64,000 nt of DNA, taken from positions 26,396-90,395 of the forward strand of contig JAGOUZ010000002.1 in NCBI GenBank assembly GCA_018060985.1. Reading direction: 5' to 3'. The first letter of the stretch is position 1, and each line of letters begins with the position of its first letter. A program made the translations under genes and the position numbers. Under the pieces are notes generated by a model. It was not told where the DNA came from, made no database searches, and saw only the letters and a program-made list of their open reading frames with translations. The DNA is from Minisyncoccota bacterium. Lineage in GTDB: Bacteria > Patescibacteriota > Minisyncoccia > Phycocordibacterales > SBAW01. Below, one piece after another: positions 27,596-36,295 of the stretch.

Positions 27596-27629
27596 ATAAA
27601 AAACGAGCCCGGCAGATAGTCTGCCGGGC
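27596..27629 (-). terminator. Intrinsic terminator (minus strand) downstream of the 91-aa ORF
   Basis: Minus-strand hairpin GCCCGGCAGA-ctat-CTGCCGGGC followed by TCGTTTTTTATAAA. Confidence 0.6.
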
Positions 27630-27645
27630 GAAAGGTGGTGCTGGT

Positions 27646-27921
27646 CTACAGCTGGACGGTGTAGCTTCGGAGCTCCCGTATCTTTTCTTTGCGGCGCAGA
27701 TCTTCGTTGTCGATCTCTTGCTCCGCCTTGGGCAGGTGATCGTCGAATCTCTCGTCGGGCTGTTTGAAGGCCGGCTTCTTGGGGGGAGGGTTCCCCTCAG
27801 AGTTGCCCATAGTTGTGAAGGGCAGAAAGTCTGGATCGTCGCCCACCGAACAGAGTCCGGGGGGCGGGCTAAGGGAAGAGAGGAGATCGCAACCTCCCAA
27901 CATCGCCTGTAGCAATCGCAT
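27646..27921 (-). CDS. Hypothetical 91-aa Pro-rich acidic protein (no TM, no recognisable family)
   Basis: Start at the internal ATG, preceded by AAGGAGG with a 7-nt spacer (…CAAGGAGGACACGTGATG). The listed ORF begins at an upstream TTG. Product MRLLQAMLGGCDLLSSLSPPPGLCSVGDDPDFLPF…EQEIDNEDLRRKEKIRELRSYTVQL. Own promoter (TTGACG-18-TACAGT, minus, about 27992-28021) and terminator. Confidence 0.45.
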   Translation of the reverse strand: MRLLQAMLGGCDLLSSLSPPPGLCSVGDDPDFLPFTTMGNSEGNPPPKKPAFKQPDERFDDHLPKAEQEIDNEDLRRKEKIRELRSYTVQL

Positions 27922-28061
27922 CACGTGTCCTCCTTGGATGTACGTATCCCTCGTCGTCGACTTCAATTAAGAAATCGGAGGGTATCTACCCACTGTATCT
28001 CTGTGTCACTCGCAGCGTCAATGAGTTAGGGGTGCATATGTAAAATTAAGTTAAGAGACGG

Positions 28062-28090
28062 TTGAGTTTTGACTCAAAATTTGCTATAAT
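28062..28090 (+). promoter_or_regulatory. Sigma70-type promoter of the MBL-fold gene, with overlapping palindrome
   Basis: TTGAGT-17-TATAAT. The -35 lies inside the perfect palindrome TTGAGT-tttg-ACTCAA. The ATG at 28097 follows the -10 by about 6 nt, suggesting a leaderless or near-leaderless mRNA. Confidence 0.45.
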
Positions 28091-28096
28091 AAGGCA

Positions 28097-28717
28097 ATGG
28101 TTATTACCTATTTGGGAGGCGAATGCTTCAAGATTACCCAAGGCGACCTCACTATAGCTCTCAATCCTCCCTCCAAGGATTCTTCATTTAAGGCATCAAA
28201 GTTTGGCTCTGATATTGTGCTCACCACGCTCAATCACGAAGACTTTAATGGCGCCGAACAGATGTCTTTTGGCGAACGCGAGCCTTTTGTTATTACCGGC
28301 CCAGGCGAGTATGAGGTACGGGGCGTCTCGGTGCGCGGCTTTGGTGCTGAGACCGAGTACGGCGGCGAGAAGGGTATTAATACTATTTATAGTATTGCCC
28401 TCGAGGGTATGGACCTGGTCTTTCTTGGTGCCCTGGGCAGCAGTACACTACCGCAGGCAGCTAAGGCAGAGCTCGACGAAATCGACATACTCTTTTTGCC
28501 AATCGGCGGTGATGGCGTTCTGGACCATGCGGAGGCATACAAGCTTGCGGTACAATTAGAGCCGAAGGTGGTCGTGCCTATGCACTACACGCCAGAGACG
28601 TTAAAAAAGTTTCTTAAAGAGGCCGGCGAGGAGATTACACCGGTAGACAAGCTGACCTTAAAGCGTAAAGACCTCGAAGGTAAGGAGGGGGAAATAATTG
28701 TGCTCTCCCAAAACTAA
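28097..28717 (+). CDS. MBL-fold metallo-hydrolase-like protein
   Basis: 206 aa. Beta-lactamase-fold pattern (…DIVLTTLNHEDFNG…LFLPIGGDGVLDHAEA…VVVPMHY). Confidence 0.55.
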   Translation: MVITYLGGECFKITQGDLTIALNPPSKDSSFKASKFGSDIVLTTLNHEDFNGAEQMSFGEREPFVITGPGEYEVRGVSVRGFGAETEYGGEKGINTIYSIALEGMDLVFLGALGSSTLPQAAKAELDEIDILFLPIGGDGVLDHAEAYKLAVQLEPKVVVPMHYTPETLKKFLKEAGEEITPVDKLTLKRKDLEGKEGEIIVLSQN

Positions 28718-28955
28718 TATGCGTCGCTATATTGCACATATTCAAAACACCCACACGCCGCATGAGCGGCGCCAACACGCACTGCAAGTGGCAGGGCTGG
28801 TAACGGCAGCACTGTTTATCTCGTGGCTGGCGATGTTTGGGTTGCGCATGAGCACATCAGGCCCGGTGGTTGATGATGGCAAGGCAAATACGGCAGCAAC
28901 CCTTAACGCAGTGCAGGACGAAGAAAGTTCACCCCTACTCGGATACTAATACTGT

Positions 28956-31436
28956 ATGGCAGCGGAAAAAAAACAACCCGAAAATAACGGACGGGCCGAT
29001 GGCGGAAGTGGTGTCGTAAGCCGCAACATCTCAACCGAGATGCGCGAGGCGTACTTGGACTACGCAATGAGCGTTATCACCTCGCGCGCCCTCCCTGATG
29101 TGCGCGATGGCCTCAAACCCGTGCACCGCCGCATTTTGTACGCCATGCACCGCATGGGTCTTACGCCGCAGGCGCGCTTTAGAAAGTCGGCAACCGTAGT
29201 CGGCGAAGTGCTCGGTAAATACCACCCGCACGGCGATGCTTCTGTATATGACGCAATGGTAAAAATGGCGCAGGACTTTGCAATGCGCTACCCGCTGGTA
29301 CTTGGCCAGGGTAACTTTGGCTCAATCGACGGCGACGCCGCTGCAGCGATGCGTTACACCGAGGCAAAAATGTCTCATGTGGCAGGCGAACTCCTACGCG
29401 ATCTTGAAAAGGATACTGTCGAGTGGCGCGCCAACTACGACGGCACAATTAAAGAGCCGGCCGTGCTCCCAGCCGCCGTGCCCAACATTTTGCTTAACGG
29501 TACGCTCGGTATTGCCGTTGGTATGGCGACCAACATCCCGCCACACAACCTAAACGAACTTTCAAACGCACTAACTCATTTGATAGAAAATCCTGCGGCT
29601 ACGACCGAAGATCTGATGGAGTTTGTTACGGGGCCGGACTTCCCAACAGGATCAATCGCATTTAATAGGAAAGATCTGCTCCACGCCTACTCCACAGGCA
29701 AGGGCGGCGTAGTGGTGCGTGGTCATGCAGAGATTGTTGAGGGTAAAAAGGGCGACTACCAGATTATTATTACCAGTCTCCCGTACCGCGTTAACAAAGC
29801 CGAGCTCCAGATACGCATTGCCGACCTGGTGCACGACAAAAAGATCGACGGCATCCGCGGCCTGCGCGACGAGTCTACGCGCGACATTCGCGTCGTTATT
29901 GACCTTAAGCAAGGCGCCCAGCCTCAAAAAGTTTTGAACTTCCTCTACAAGCACACCCAGCTGGAAGACACCTTCCACTTCAACATGGTGATGCTCGTAG
30001 ATGGCATACCGCAGACGATGTCGCTGAAAGGCATCCTCCAGGAGTTTATTAAGCACCGCCAAGTGGTGGTGAAGCGCCGCACGCAGTTTGACCTTACTAA
30101 GGCGCAGGACCGCGAGCATATCCTCCTTGGCCTTAAGAAGGCGCTCGACCATATCGACGAGATCATCAAGACCATCCGCGCATCAAAAGATGTTGCCGAT
30201 GCACACGCAAACTTGATGAAGAAGTTTAAGTTCTCCGACCTCCAGACAACGGCGATTTTGGAAATGCGCCTCCAGAAGCTTGCTAACCTTGAGCGCAAAA
30301 AGATAGAAGACGAGCTTGCCGAAGTACAGGCCCTCATTGCCGAACTGACTGAGCTTTTGAAGAGCGAGAAGAAGATGCTCGGCGTTATTAAGACCGAAAT
30401 TACGGAGATCGCTAAGAAACACGGCGATGACCGCGCAACCAAAATTGTTAAAGGGCCGGCCGGCATTATCAATGTCGAGGACTTGGTGCCAGACGAAGAG
30501 CAGGTCTTGGTGGTTACCGCAGGTGGCTACGTTAAGCGCACCAATCCAGACGAGTACCGCAAGCAGAAGCGCGGCGGCGTTGGCGTAATCGACCTCAACA
30601 CTAAGGAGGAAGACTTTGTAACGAACTTCCTTACGACATCGGCCCACAGCGACCTGCTGTTCTTTACCGACGTGGGCAAGGCCTACCAGATAAAAATGTA
30701 CGAGCTCCCCGAGGGTAAGCGCTCAACTAAGGGCAAGGCTTTGGTGAACTTCCTTTCGATAGGCGGGGAAGAAAAGGTGACCGGCGTGCTTGCGATGCGC
30801 AAGAACGAAAAGCAGGGAGAGAAGTTCCTCTACATGATCACCAAGCAGGGTGTTGCTAAAAAGGTAGATGCAACGGCCTTCCACGATGTGCGCCGCAGTG
30901 GCCTGATTGCGATTAAACTCCAGAAAGGCGACGAACTTATTGGCGCACTGTTTGTAGAAAAGGGTGATGAAATATTCCTCTCGTCTGCAAAGGGGCAGTC
31001 TATTAGATTCAAAGAGTCTGACATCCGTGTAATGGGCCGCGCAGCGGGCGGTGTACGCGGTATGAAGCTCAGTGGCGGGGACTTTATTGTCGGCGCCGAT
31101 GTAGTGCCAAAGGGATCGAAAGACCTTGAAGTTCTTGTAATCTCGCGCGGCGGCTACGGCAAGACATCGCCGGTTAAAGAATATAAAACACAAAAGCGCG
31201 GCGGCTCGGGTATCCGCACCATTAAGGTAACGCCTAAGACAGGCCCACTGGTTGCTGCAAGCATCATTTCTAAAGAAGAGGGTGTAGGTGCCGACGAGAT
31301 GGTAGTAATGAGCAAGAAGGGCCAAGTAATTCGCACGGGCCTAACCGAAATCCCAAGCCTCTCGCGCTCGACTCAAGGCGTCCGCGTGATGAAGCTCCAT
31401 GATGGTGACGCAATCGCAAGTTTCGTTTGCCTCTAA
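28956..31436 (+). CDS. gyrA: DNA gyrase subunit A
   Basis: [35 protein letters not shown] (active-site Tyr region). C-terminal beta-pinwheel repeats (…GGVGV…GGVRGM…GGSGIRTIK…). 826 aa. Confidence 0.95.
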   Translation: MAAEKKQPENNGRADGGSGVVSRNISTEMREAYLDYAMSVITSRALPDVRDGLKPVHRRILYAMHRMGLTPQARFRKSATVVGEVLGKYHPHGDASVYDAMVKMAQDFAMRYPLVLGQGNFGSIDGDAAAAMRYTEAKMSHVAGELLRDLEKDTVEWRANYDGTIKEPAVLPAAVPNILLNGTLGIAVGMATNIPPHNLNELSNALTHLIENPAATTEDLMEFVTGPDFPTGSIAFNRKDLLHAYSTGKGGVVVRGHAEIVEGKKGDYQIIITSLPYRVNKAELQIRIADLVHDKKIDGIRGLRDESTRDIRVVIDLKQGAQPQKVLNFLYKHTQLEDTFHFNMVMLVDGIPQTMSLKGILQEFIKHRQVVVKRRTQFDLTKAQDREHILLGLKKALDHIDEIIKTIRASKDVADAHANLMKKFKFSDLQTTAILEMRLQKLANLERKKIEDELAEVQALIAELTELLKSEKKMLGVIKTEITEIAKKHGDDRATKIVKGPAGIINVEDLVPDEEQVLVVTAGGYVKRTNPDEYRKQKRGGVGVIDLNTKEEDFVTNFLTTSAHSDLLFFTDVGKAYQIKMYELPEGKRSTKGKALVNFLSIGGEEKVTGVLAMRKNEKQGEKFLYMITKQGVAKKVDATAFHDVRRSGLIAIKLQKGDELIGALFVEKGDEIFLSSAKGQSIRFKESDIRVMGRAAGGVRGMKLSGGDFIVGADVVPKGSKDLEVLVISRGGYGKTSPVKEYKTQKRGGSGIRTIKVTPKTGPLVAASIISKEEGVGADEMVVMSKKGQVIRTGLTEIPSLSRSTQGVRVMKLHDGDAIASFVCL

Positions 31437-31437
31437 A

Positions 31438-31830
31438 ATGATCGATAAAATTGGGTGGCTGCTTGTACAAGACCAAAAGGTGCTCATGGTACGTAGCCAG
31501 AGCAAAGATAAGTTTTACGCACCGGGCGGCAAGCGCGAGGCAGGCGAGAGTGACGAACAGGCACTCGTGAGAGAAATTAAAGAAGAACTTGGTGTAGATA
31601 TTGTTCCTGCAACCATTAAACATCTACAAACATTTAAGGCTCAGGCACATGGTCAGCCAGAAGGTGTTTTTGTGCAGATCGCTGGCTACGGCGCAGACTA
31701 TACGGGCGAGCTGCAGCCCCAGAGCGAAATTGAAGAAATGACCTGGTTTACCAGCGCCGACTACGAACGCGCAACCGAACCCGGCAAGCTTATTTTGTCG
31801 TGGCTTAAAGAACAAGGTTTAATACGCTAA
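31438..31830 (+). CDS. NUDIX hydrolase
   Basis: Nudix box GGKREAGESDEQALVREIKEELGV. Start at internal Met MIDKIGW. Confidence 0.75.
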   Translation: MIDKIGWLLVQDQKVLMVRSQSKDKFYAPGGKREAGESDEQALVREIKEELGVDIVPATIKHLQTFKAQAHGQPEGVFVQIAGYGADYTGELQPQSEIEEMTWFTSADYERATEPGKLILSWLKEQGLIR

Positions 31831-32075
31831 TGCATAACGCCCTTCCGCCTCTGCCACCAAACGCGCCTAAAGTGGGCGAAGTATATACGCACTACAAAGG
31901 CAATCTATATAAAGTAGTAGGTCTCGCTCTCCATTCAACCGAAGAGTGGGTGGTGGTGTACCAAGCAATGTACGACAACCCCGCAGCGGAACTATTTACC
32001 CGTCCGCTAGCGGAGTGGCGCGAGGTGGTGGAGTGGCAAGGGGCACACGTAGAACGTTTTATAAGGCAGAGTTAA
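31830..32075 (+). CDS. DUF1653-domain protein
   Basis: 81 aa. YTHYKGNLYKVVGLA…EEWVVVYQAMY pattern characteristic of DUF1653. Confidence 0.6.
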   Translation: MHNALPPLPPNAPKVGEVYTHYKGNLYKVVGLALHSTEEWVVVYQAMYDNPAAELFTRPLAEWREVVEWQGAHVERFIRQS

Positions 32076-32149
32076 TTCGGCGGGCGCATTCTTTTTTGCA
32101 GTAACGCATGGTATTGTCCACCTAGTTGTCATTGCAGGAGCGTTCCCCG

Positions 32150-32292
32150 ATGTCAGTCCGACAAGAACCACACAACGGCCCCATGCTACTTTTGGCAATC
32201 GTTGTCGCGGTTGCTGTTCTGGGCGTAGGCTGCGCCTTTGTGGCCTACATCGACCCAGAGGTCATGCAATTCTTTAACCGCATTTTAAACTA
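32150..32292 (+). CDS. Hypothetical 47-aa single-TM peptide
   Basis: AGGAG 10 nt upstream. Product MSVRQEPHNGPMLLLAIVVAVAVLGVGCAFVAYIDPEVMQFFNRILN. A second similar sORF (MTRVIKTHTDIIGVIALAALVVTLYSFVGAYMLS…) lies at about 32375-32524. Confidence 0.25.
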
Positions 32293-32527
32293 AGCGGTTC
32301 CTACCGGCCCGCGGGACATCAAGTCTCGTGGGCCGTTCATGTAAGAATCACCCTACCTGTGCGTATATATAAGTATGACGAGGGTAATTAAAACGCATAC
32401 TGACATCATCGGAGTCATCGCCTTGGCGGCTTTGGTGGTTACCCTGTACTCATTTGTGGGTGCGTACATGCTCTCTGCGTCCGACGCTCCGATACAGGTT
32501 GCTGCATCCGAGCGCTCGCGCTAATTT

Positions 32528-33088
32528 TTGCGGTACAATGGTGAGGTGATAGAGGGCTCTTTTCTGATACCAGCGGAGGCGCTTCGCGCTGCACAACTGC
32601 ATGAGGGTATGCAGGTGGCCGACTTTGGTGCGGGCTCGGGGTTTTTTACCCGCGAGGCCGCGCGCGAGGTGGGCGAGGGCGGTGCGGTATGGGCGGTGGA
32701 TATTAACCGCGAGCTTCTCTCGCGTATCAAGACCCTGGCCGAGGCCGAGGGGCTTAAAAATGTTGAGATAGTACAGGGCGATGCCGAGGTGGTGGGAGGC
32801 ACGCACCTGCCCGACGCCCACTTCGACCTGGTTATTGCCTCTAACATTCTTTTTGCGATCGAAGATCGGGGTGAGCTGGTTGCAGAAGTGCGCCGCGTAC
32901 TCAAACCGCATGGCCGGGCGCTCATTATCGACTGGTCAGGCTCGTACAATGGCCTCGGGCCGCACGAGGACCACGTCATTACGCAGGCTGCTGCGCGTAA
33001 ACTTTTTGAGGATCACGGGTTTGTTTTTGGTGGTGTTGCGCCCGCTGGTAGCTACCATTGGGGATTTATTGTTCGTAAAAAAACCTAA
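32528..33088 (+). CDS. Class I SAM-dependent methyltransferase
   Basis: Motif I VADFGAGSGFFT, post-I VWAVDIN, motif …LKPHGRALIIDW. 186 aa. Confidence 0.75.
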   Translation: MRYNGEVIEGSFLIPAEALRAAQLHEGMQVADFGAGSGFFTREAAREVGEGGAVWAVDINRELLSRIKTLAEAEGLKNVEIVQGDAEVVGGTHLPDAHFDLVIASNILFAIEDRGELVAEVRRVLKPHGRALIIDWSGSYNGLGPHEDHVITQAAARKLFEDHGFVFGGVAPAGSYHWGFIVRKKT

Positions 33089-33109
33089 AAGGGCGCATTA
33101 TATAAGGCA

Positions 33110-34411
33110 ATGGGAATGTCGACCTTTCAAATTATCGTTCTTGGTGTGTGCGCCGCGCTTATTTTAATTGGCGTCGGCGTCTTTGCGTCGTTTGGAGGTC
33201 TTGGCAACGAGGATACTGTAGGCGACGTAACGATCTGGGGCACCGTCGACTCTTCGATTATGGATCGGCTCATCAGCACCATGCTGAGCGGTGACAAGGC
33301 CTTTTCAGGAGTAGATTACGTCGAAAAAAGTCCTACGACGTATCATGCCGACATAGTTAATGCGATGGCCACAGGCAAAGCTCCCGACCTGGTGTTTCTA
33401 AGCCAGGAGGAAATCGGGATTTTTGAAGACAAGCTTCTTATCATTCCATATGGCATGGTCTCCCAGGCCACTTTTCTCAGTTCGTTTATAGACGAGAGCC
33501 AGGTATTTTTGACCGACGAAGGAGAGTTAGCTCTTCCGTTTATGGTTGACCCAGTAGTGATGTATTGGAATCGCGACCTTTTTTCATCGGCTGGCGTTGC
33601 GTCTCCACCCAAGTTTTGGAACGACTTTCTGACACTCGCTCCCAAAATGACTTCGCTCGACGCGGGGGCCAATATCACCAAGAGCGCCGTAGGTTTGGGG
33701 CAGTGGCAAAACGTCGCCAATGCAAAAGCAATACTATCGACCCTGTTTATGCAGGCGGGGGACAAGGTAGTCGTACGTAAAGGGAGTGGTGACCTCGAGG
33801 TCGTGCTGGGTGATGTGCCAACTAACGCACCATCAAATCCTGCCGAATCTGCTCTTCGTTTTTATACCGAGTTTACGAACCCCTCCAAGACCACCTACTC
33901 GTGGAATCGTACGTTACCACTCTCAACGACGGCTTTTGTAGCGGGCGATGTGGCAGTCTACTTCGGCTTTGCGAGTGAGTACCCAAGTCTTGCAGCTCGT
34001 AACCCAAACCTGCCCTTCGCTGTAGCTCGTGTTCCTCAGGTTGAGGGTTCTTCTATTAGAGCTACCTACGGTCGGCTCACCGGTATGGTGATCCCACGCA
34101 ACGCAAGCAACCCTAACGGGGCGGCACAAATCGCTCAAAGGCTCTCAAGTGCCGAGTCTGTTTCTACACTCTCTGCCTTAACGGGTCTGCCGCCGGTGCG
34201 CCGAGATGTTACGATAAAGACGTCAGACAACGCAGCTATGGGTGTCTTTGTAGAGTCGGCGCTTATTGCGCGCGGATGGGTAGATCCAGATTCCACAAAG
34301 ACAGATGCCATCTTTAGAACCATGATAGAATCGGTGGTAAGCGGCAGGCTAGACTCAGGTGGCGCAGTAAACGAAGCCTCGCGGGCGATGGAACAATTGC
34401 TGAAGAAATGA
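33110..34411 (+). CDS. Extracellular solute-binding protein (ABC-type, family 1-like) with N-terminal TM anchor; orphan (no permease/ATPase adjacent)
   Basis: 433 aa. SBP_bac_1-like features (…ESALRFYTEFTNPSK…DVAVYFGFASEYP…). Its stop overlaps the start of the first pilin-like gene (ATGA). Confidence 0.55.
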   Translation: MGMSTFQIIVLGVCAALILIGVGVFASFGGLGNEDTVGDVTIWGTVDSSIMDRLISTMLSGDKAFSGVDYVEKSPTTYHADIVNAMATGKAPDLVFLSQEEIGIFEDKLLIIPYGMVSQATFLSSFIDESQVFLTDEGELALPFMVDPVVMYWNRDLFSSAGVASPPKFWNDFLTLAPKMTSLDAGANITKSAVGLGQWQNVANAKAILSTLFMQAGDKVVVRKGSGDLEVVLGDVPTNAPSNPAESALRFYTEFTNPSKTTYSWNRTLPLSTTAFVAGDVAVYFGFASEYPSLAARNPNLPFAVARVPQVEGSSIRATYGRLTGMVIPRNASNPNGAAQIAQRLSSAESVSTLSALTGLPPVRRDVTIKTSDNAAMGVFVESALIARGWVDPDSTKTDAIFRTMIESVVSGRLDSGGAVNEASRAMEQLLKK

Positions 34412-34803
34412 AAAAAATACTTATTTTGCTGTTCGCTTTTTCTATACTTGTGCCATCCTTCGCGCCTTCTATAGCGTTTGCTCAGGGTGGTGGAGGTGGT
34501 GGCCCGACGGGTGGCATGGGCGGCAAAGTAACGCTCGAAAATCCGCTTGGCGATGTAGATACCTTTCCAAAACTTATCAAAGCCATTCTCGATGCGGCAT
34601 TTATTATTGGCCTGCCGGTAGCAGTGCTTTTTATAGTTATTGCAGGCTTTCGCTTTGTCTGGGCACGCGGCAACCCTCGTGGGCTTGATGAGGCAAAGCA
34701 CAATTTCCTCTATACGGTTATCGGTATCGGCGTCTTCTTTGGGGCATGGACACTGGCTAAGATTATCGAAAGTACCATAAGCGCCCTTGGCGTAGGATCA
34801 TGA
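34408..34803 (+). CDS. TrbC/VirB2-like (T4SS-pilin-like) small two-TM protein, paralog 1 (Gly-rich N-terminal segment)
   Basis: Signal peptide MKKILILLFAFSILVPSFAPSIAFA, a GGGGGGPTGGMGG tract, then two hydrophobic helices separated by ARGNPRGLDEAKHNF. Confidence 0.5.
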   Translation: MKKILILLFAFSILVPSFAPSIAFAQGGGGGGPTGGMGGKVTLENPLGDVDTFPKLIKAILDAAFIIGLPVAVLFIVIAGFRFVWARGNPRGLDEAKHNFLYTVIGIGVFFGAWTLAKIIESTISALGVGS

Positions 34804-35069
34804 AGCTTAGCGAACTCGTAAATCAGATAGTGGATCTTATTAACTCGGCAATCCCGGTAGTTGTTGGTGTTGCTCTGCTGTTTTATTTTCTCGCTATTAT
34901 CCGCTACATCTCAAAGGCGGGGGATGCCGGTGGAAAGTCCGAAGAAAAAAAGACCCTGTTGTGGGGCTTAATAGGTCTCTTTGTCATCTTTTCAATCTGG
35001 GGGATACTAAATTTGTTCGAAAATATGCTCTTCGGCTGCACCGTTTCCGGGCTTCACAGCTGTACATAG
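34800..35069 (+). CDS. TrbC/VirB2-like small two-TM protein, paralog 2
   Basis: 89 aa. Helix-loop-helix …IPVVVGVALLFYFLAIIRYI…KKTLLWGLIGLFVIFSIWGIL, similar to its neighbours. ATGA overlap with the upstream gene. Confidence 0.5.
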   Translation: MKLSELVNQIVDLINSAIPVVVGVALLFYFLAIIRYISKAGDAGGKSEEKKTLLWGLIGLFVIFSIWGILNLFENMLFGCTVSGLHSCT

Positions 35070-35157
35070 GCATAGGGTTCGCTCTTATTATCCACACCCC
35101 GATCTTGTAGGGCATGTGTGTGGTGCTAGTATGAAGACATACAAATTTAATAAAATT

Positions 35158-35511
35158 ATGAAAAAAACAGCACTTATCGGTTCTATATTTTTTGCACTTC
35201 CAGCTCTCGTTTTTGCTCAAGCTAAGCCAGAATTAAGCTATTTCGGAGAGTTCATTCAGGCCATTGGAAACTTTGTTAACATGTCGATACCGATCTTAAT
35301 CGGTATAGGTCTCTTGGTATTCTTCTGGGGTCTTATTCAGTACATCCGCAAGCCAGAGGCTGCAGAAGGCCGGAAGATTATGATCGCAGGTCTCGTTGGC
35401 TTGTTTATCATGGTATCTGTCTGGGGCATCATTTCTCTCGCACAAGGCATCTTCCAGGTAAAGGGCGACTCTAGCGACGTAAACACTCCAAGCATTCCGG
35501 ACCAGAAGTAG
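35158..35511 (+). CDS. TrbC/VirB2-like small two-TM protein, paralog 3
   Basis: Signal peptide MKKTALIGSIFFALPALVFA, then …IPILIGIGLLVFFWGLIQYIRKPEAAEGRKIMIAGLVGLFIMVSVWGII. Confidence 0.5.
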   Translation: MKKTALIGSIFFALPALVFAQAKPELSYFGEFIQAIGNFVNMSIPILIGIGLLVFFWGLIQYIRKPEAAEGRKIMIAGLVGLFIMVSVWGIISLAQGIFQVKGDSSDVNTPSIPDQK

Positions 35512-35529
35512 TGCGTTTACCTCTTACCA

Positions 35530-35784
35530 ATGGATGACATCAAAGAACTCCGCAACTTAATTGTTGCGGAGTTAATAGATCCAATACTCTATCTACTATT
35601 TGGCCTCGGCCTTCTGGTGTTTGTGTTTGGTGTGGCAGAGTTTATCTACGGTCTGAGCGCTCAAACCGAGGCGCGCAGCAATGGCAAAAAACATATGCTT
35701 TGGGGGTTAGTGGGTATGTTTATCATGATGACGGCAGTCTCGATTGTAAAACTAATAGCGCAGACCGTTGGAGGGAGCACCTAA
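35530..35784 (+). CDS. TrbC/VirB2-like small two-TM protein, paralog 4
   Basis: …ILYLLFGLGLLVFVFGVAEFIYGLSAQTEARSNGKKHMLWGLVGMFIMMTAVSIV, the same helix-loop-helix core. Confidence 0.5.
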   Translation: MDDIKELRNLIVAELIDPILYLLFGLGLLVFVFGVAEFIYGLSAQTEARSNGKKHMLWGLVGMFIMMTAVSIVKLIAQTVGGST

Positions 35785-35799
35785 GTATAAAAAAGAAGA

Positions 35800-35834
35800 A
35801 CGGCGGGCCCTCGTAAGGGTCCGCCGTTTTTTTG
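35800..35834. terminator. Bidirectional intrinsic terminator (after pilin array / after convergent NfeD-like gene)
   Basis: GGCGGGCCCT-cgtaa-GGGTCCGCCG flanked by TTTTTTT (plus) and a T-rich run (minus). Confidence 0.65.
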
Positions 35835-35852
35835 TGTCGCCCAGAAGGTACT

Positions 35853-36287
35853 TCAGCACGAGAGCCAGTAATGAAACTCGACTGGCTCTCCGGTCGCGGA
35901 GCGGACCTTTTCCGGCCAGAAGCTTTCGTCCCTGGTGTGGGTGGTCACTCCTGCTCTGATCTCGCCAACAGAGTTGGCAACTTCGATCAGGCCATCAAAC
36001 TGCCATTTGATGATGCATTGTCCGCGGGGGTTAACCGTGACCCATGTCCTGTCCAGCCTTGCCACGCGCATCGTGGTTTCGGACTCGCCGCCAGGGGTAC
36101 GACTGACGGTACCGTGCCGAGAGTTTCTCGGCCCGCTCCAGTACCAGTTCTCCTTGATGTAGGAGTATCCGTATACGATGGGGATTGCCCCCAAGAAGAG
36201 CGCCAAGGCGTGCCACTTGTAGCTCGAGACCTTGTGCAGCAGCGCCATCGCGGGGCTGGTGATAGTGTGCGGCTGTATTCTGCTCAT
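35853..36287 (-). CDS. NfeD-like short membrane protein (OB-fold C-terminus)
   Basis: N-terminal TM, then beta-rich C-terminus with QFDGLIEVANSVGEIRAGV (compare NfeD FDGELWDAVSEEGIEKGTRV). Immediately downstream of an SPFH protein gene. GC-rich. Confidence 0.4.
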   Translation of the reverse strand: MSRIQPHTITSPAMALLHKVSSYKWHALALFLGAIPIVYGYSYIKENWYWSGPRNSRHGTVSRTPGGESETTMRVARLDRTWVTVNPRGQCIIKWQFDGLIEVANSVGEIRAGVTTHTRDESFWPEKVRSATGEPVEFHYWLSC

Positions 36288-36295
36288 GTCCTACC

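Noticed and set aside
28040-28100. HspR HAIR element upstream of the MBL-fold gene
   Set aside because: The palindrome TTGAGT-N4-ACTCAA has the HAIR half-sites but the wrong spacer (HAIR is CTTGAGT-N7-ACTCAAG). Kept only as a generic operator candidate.
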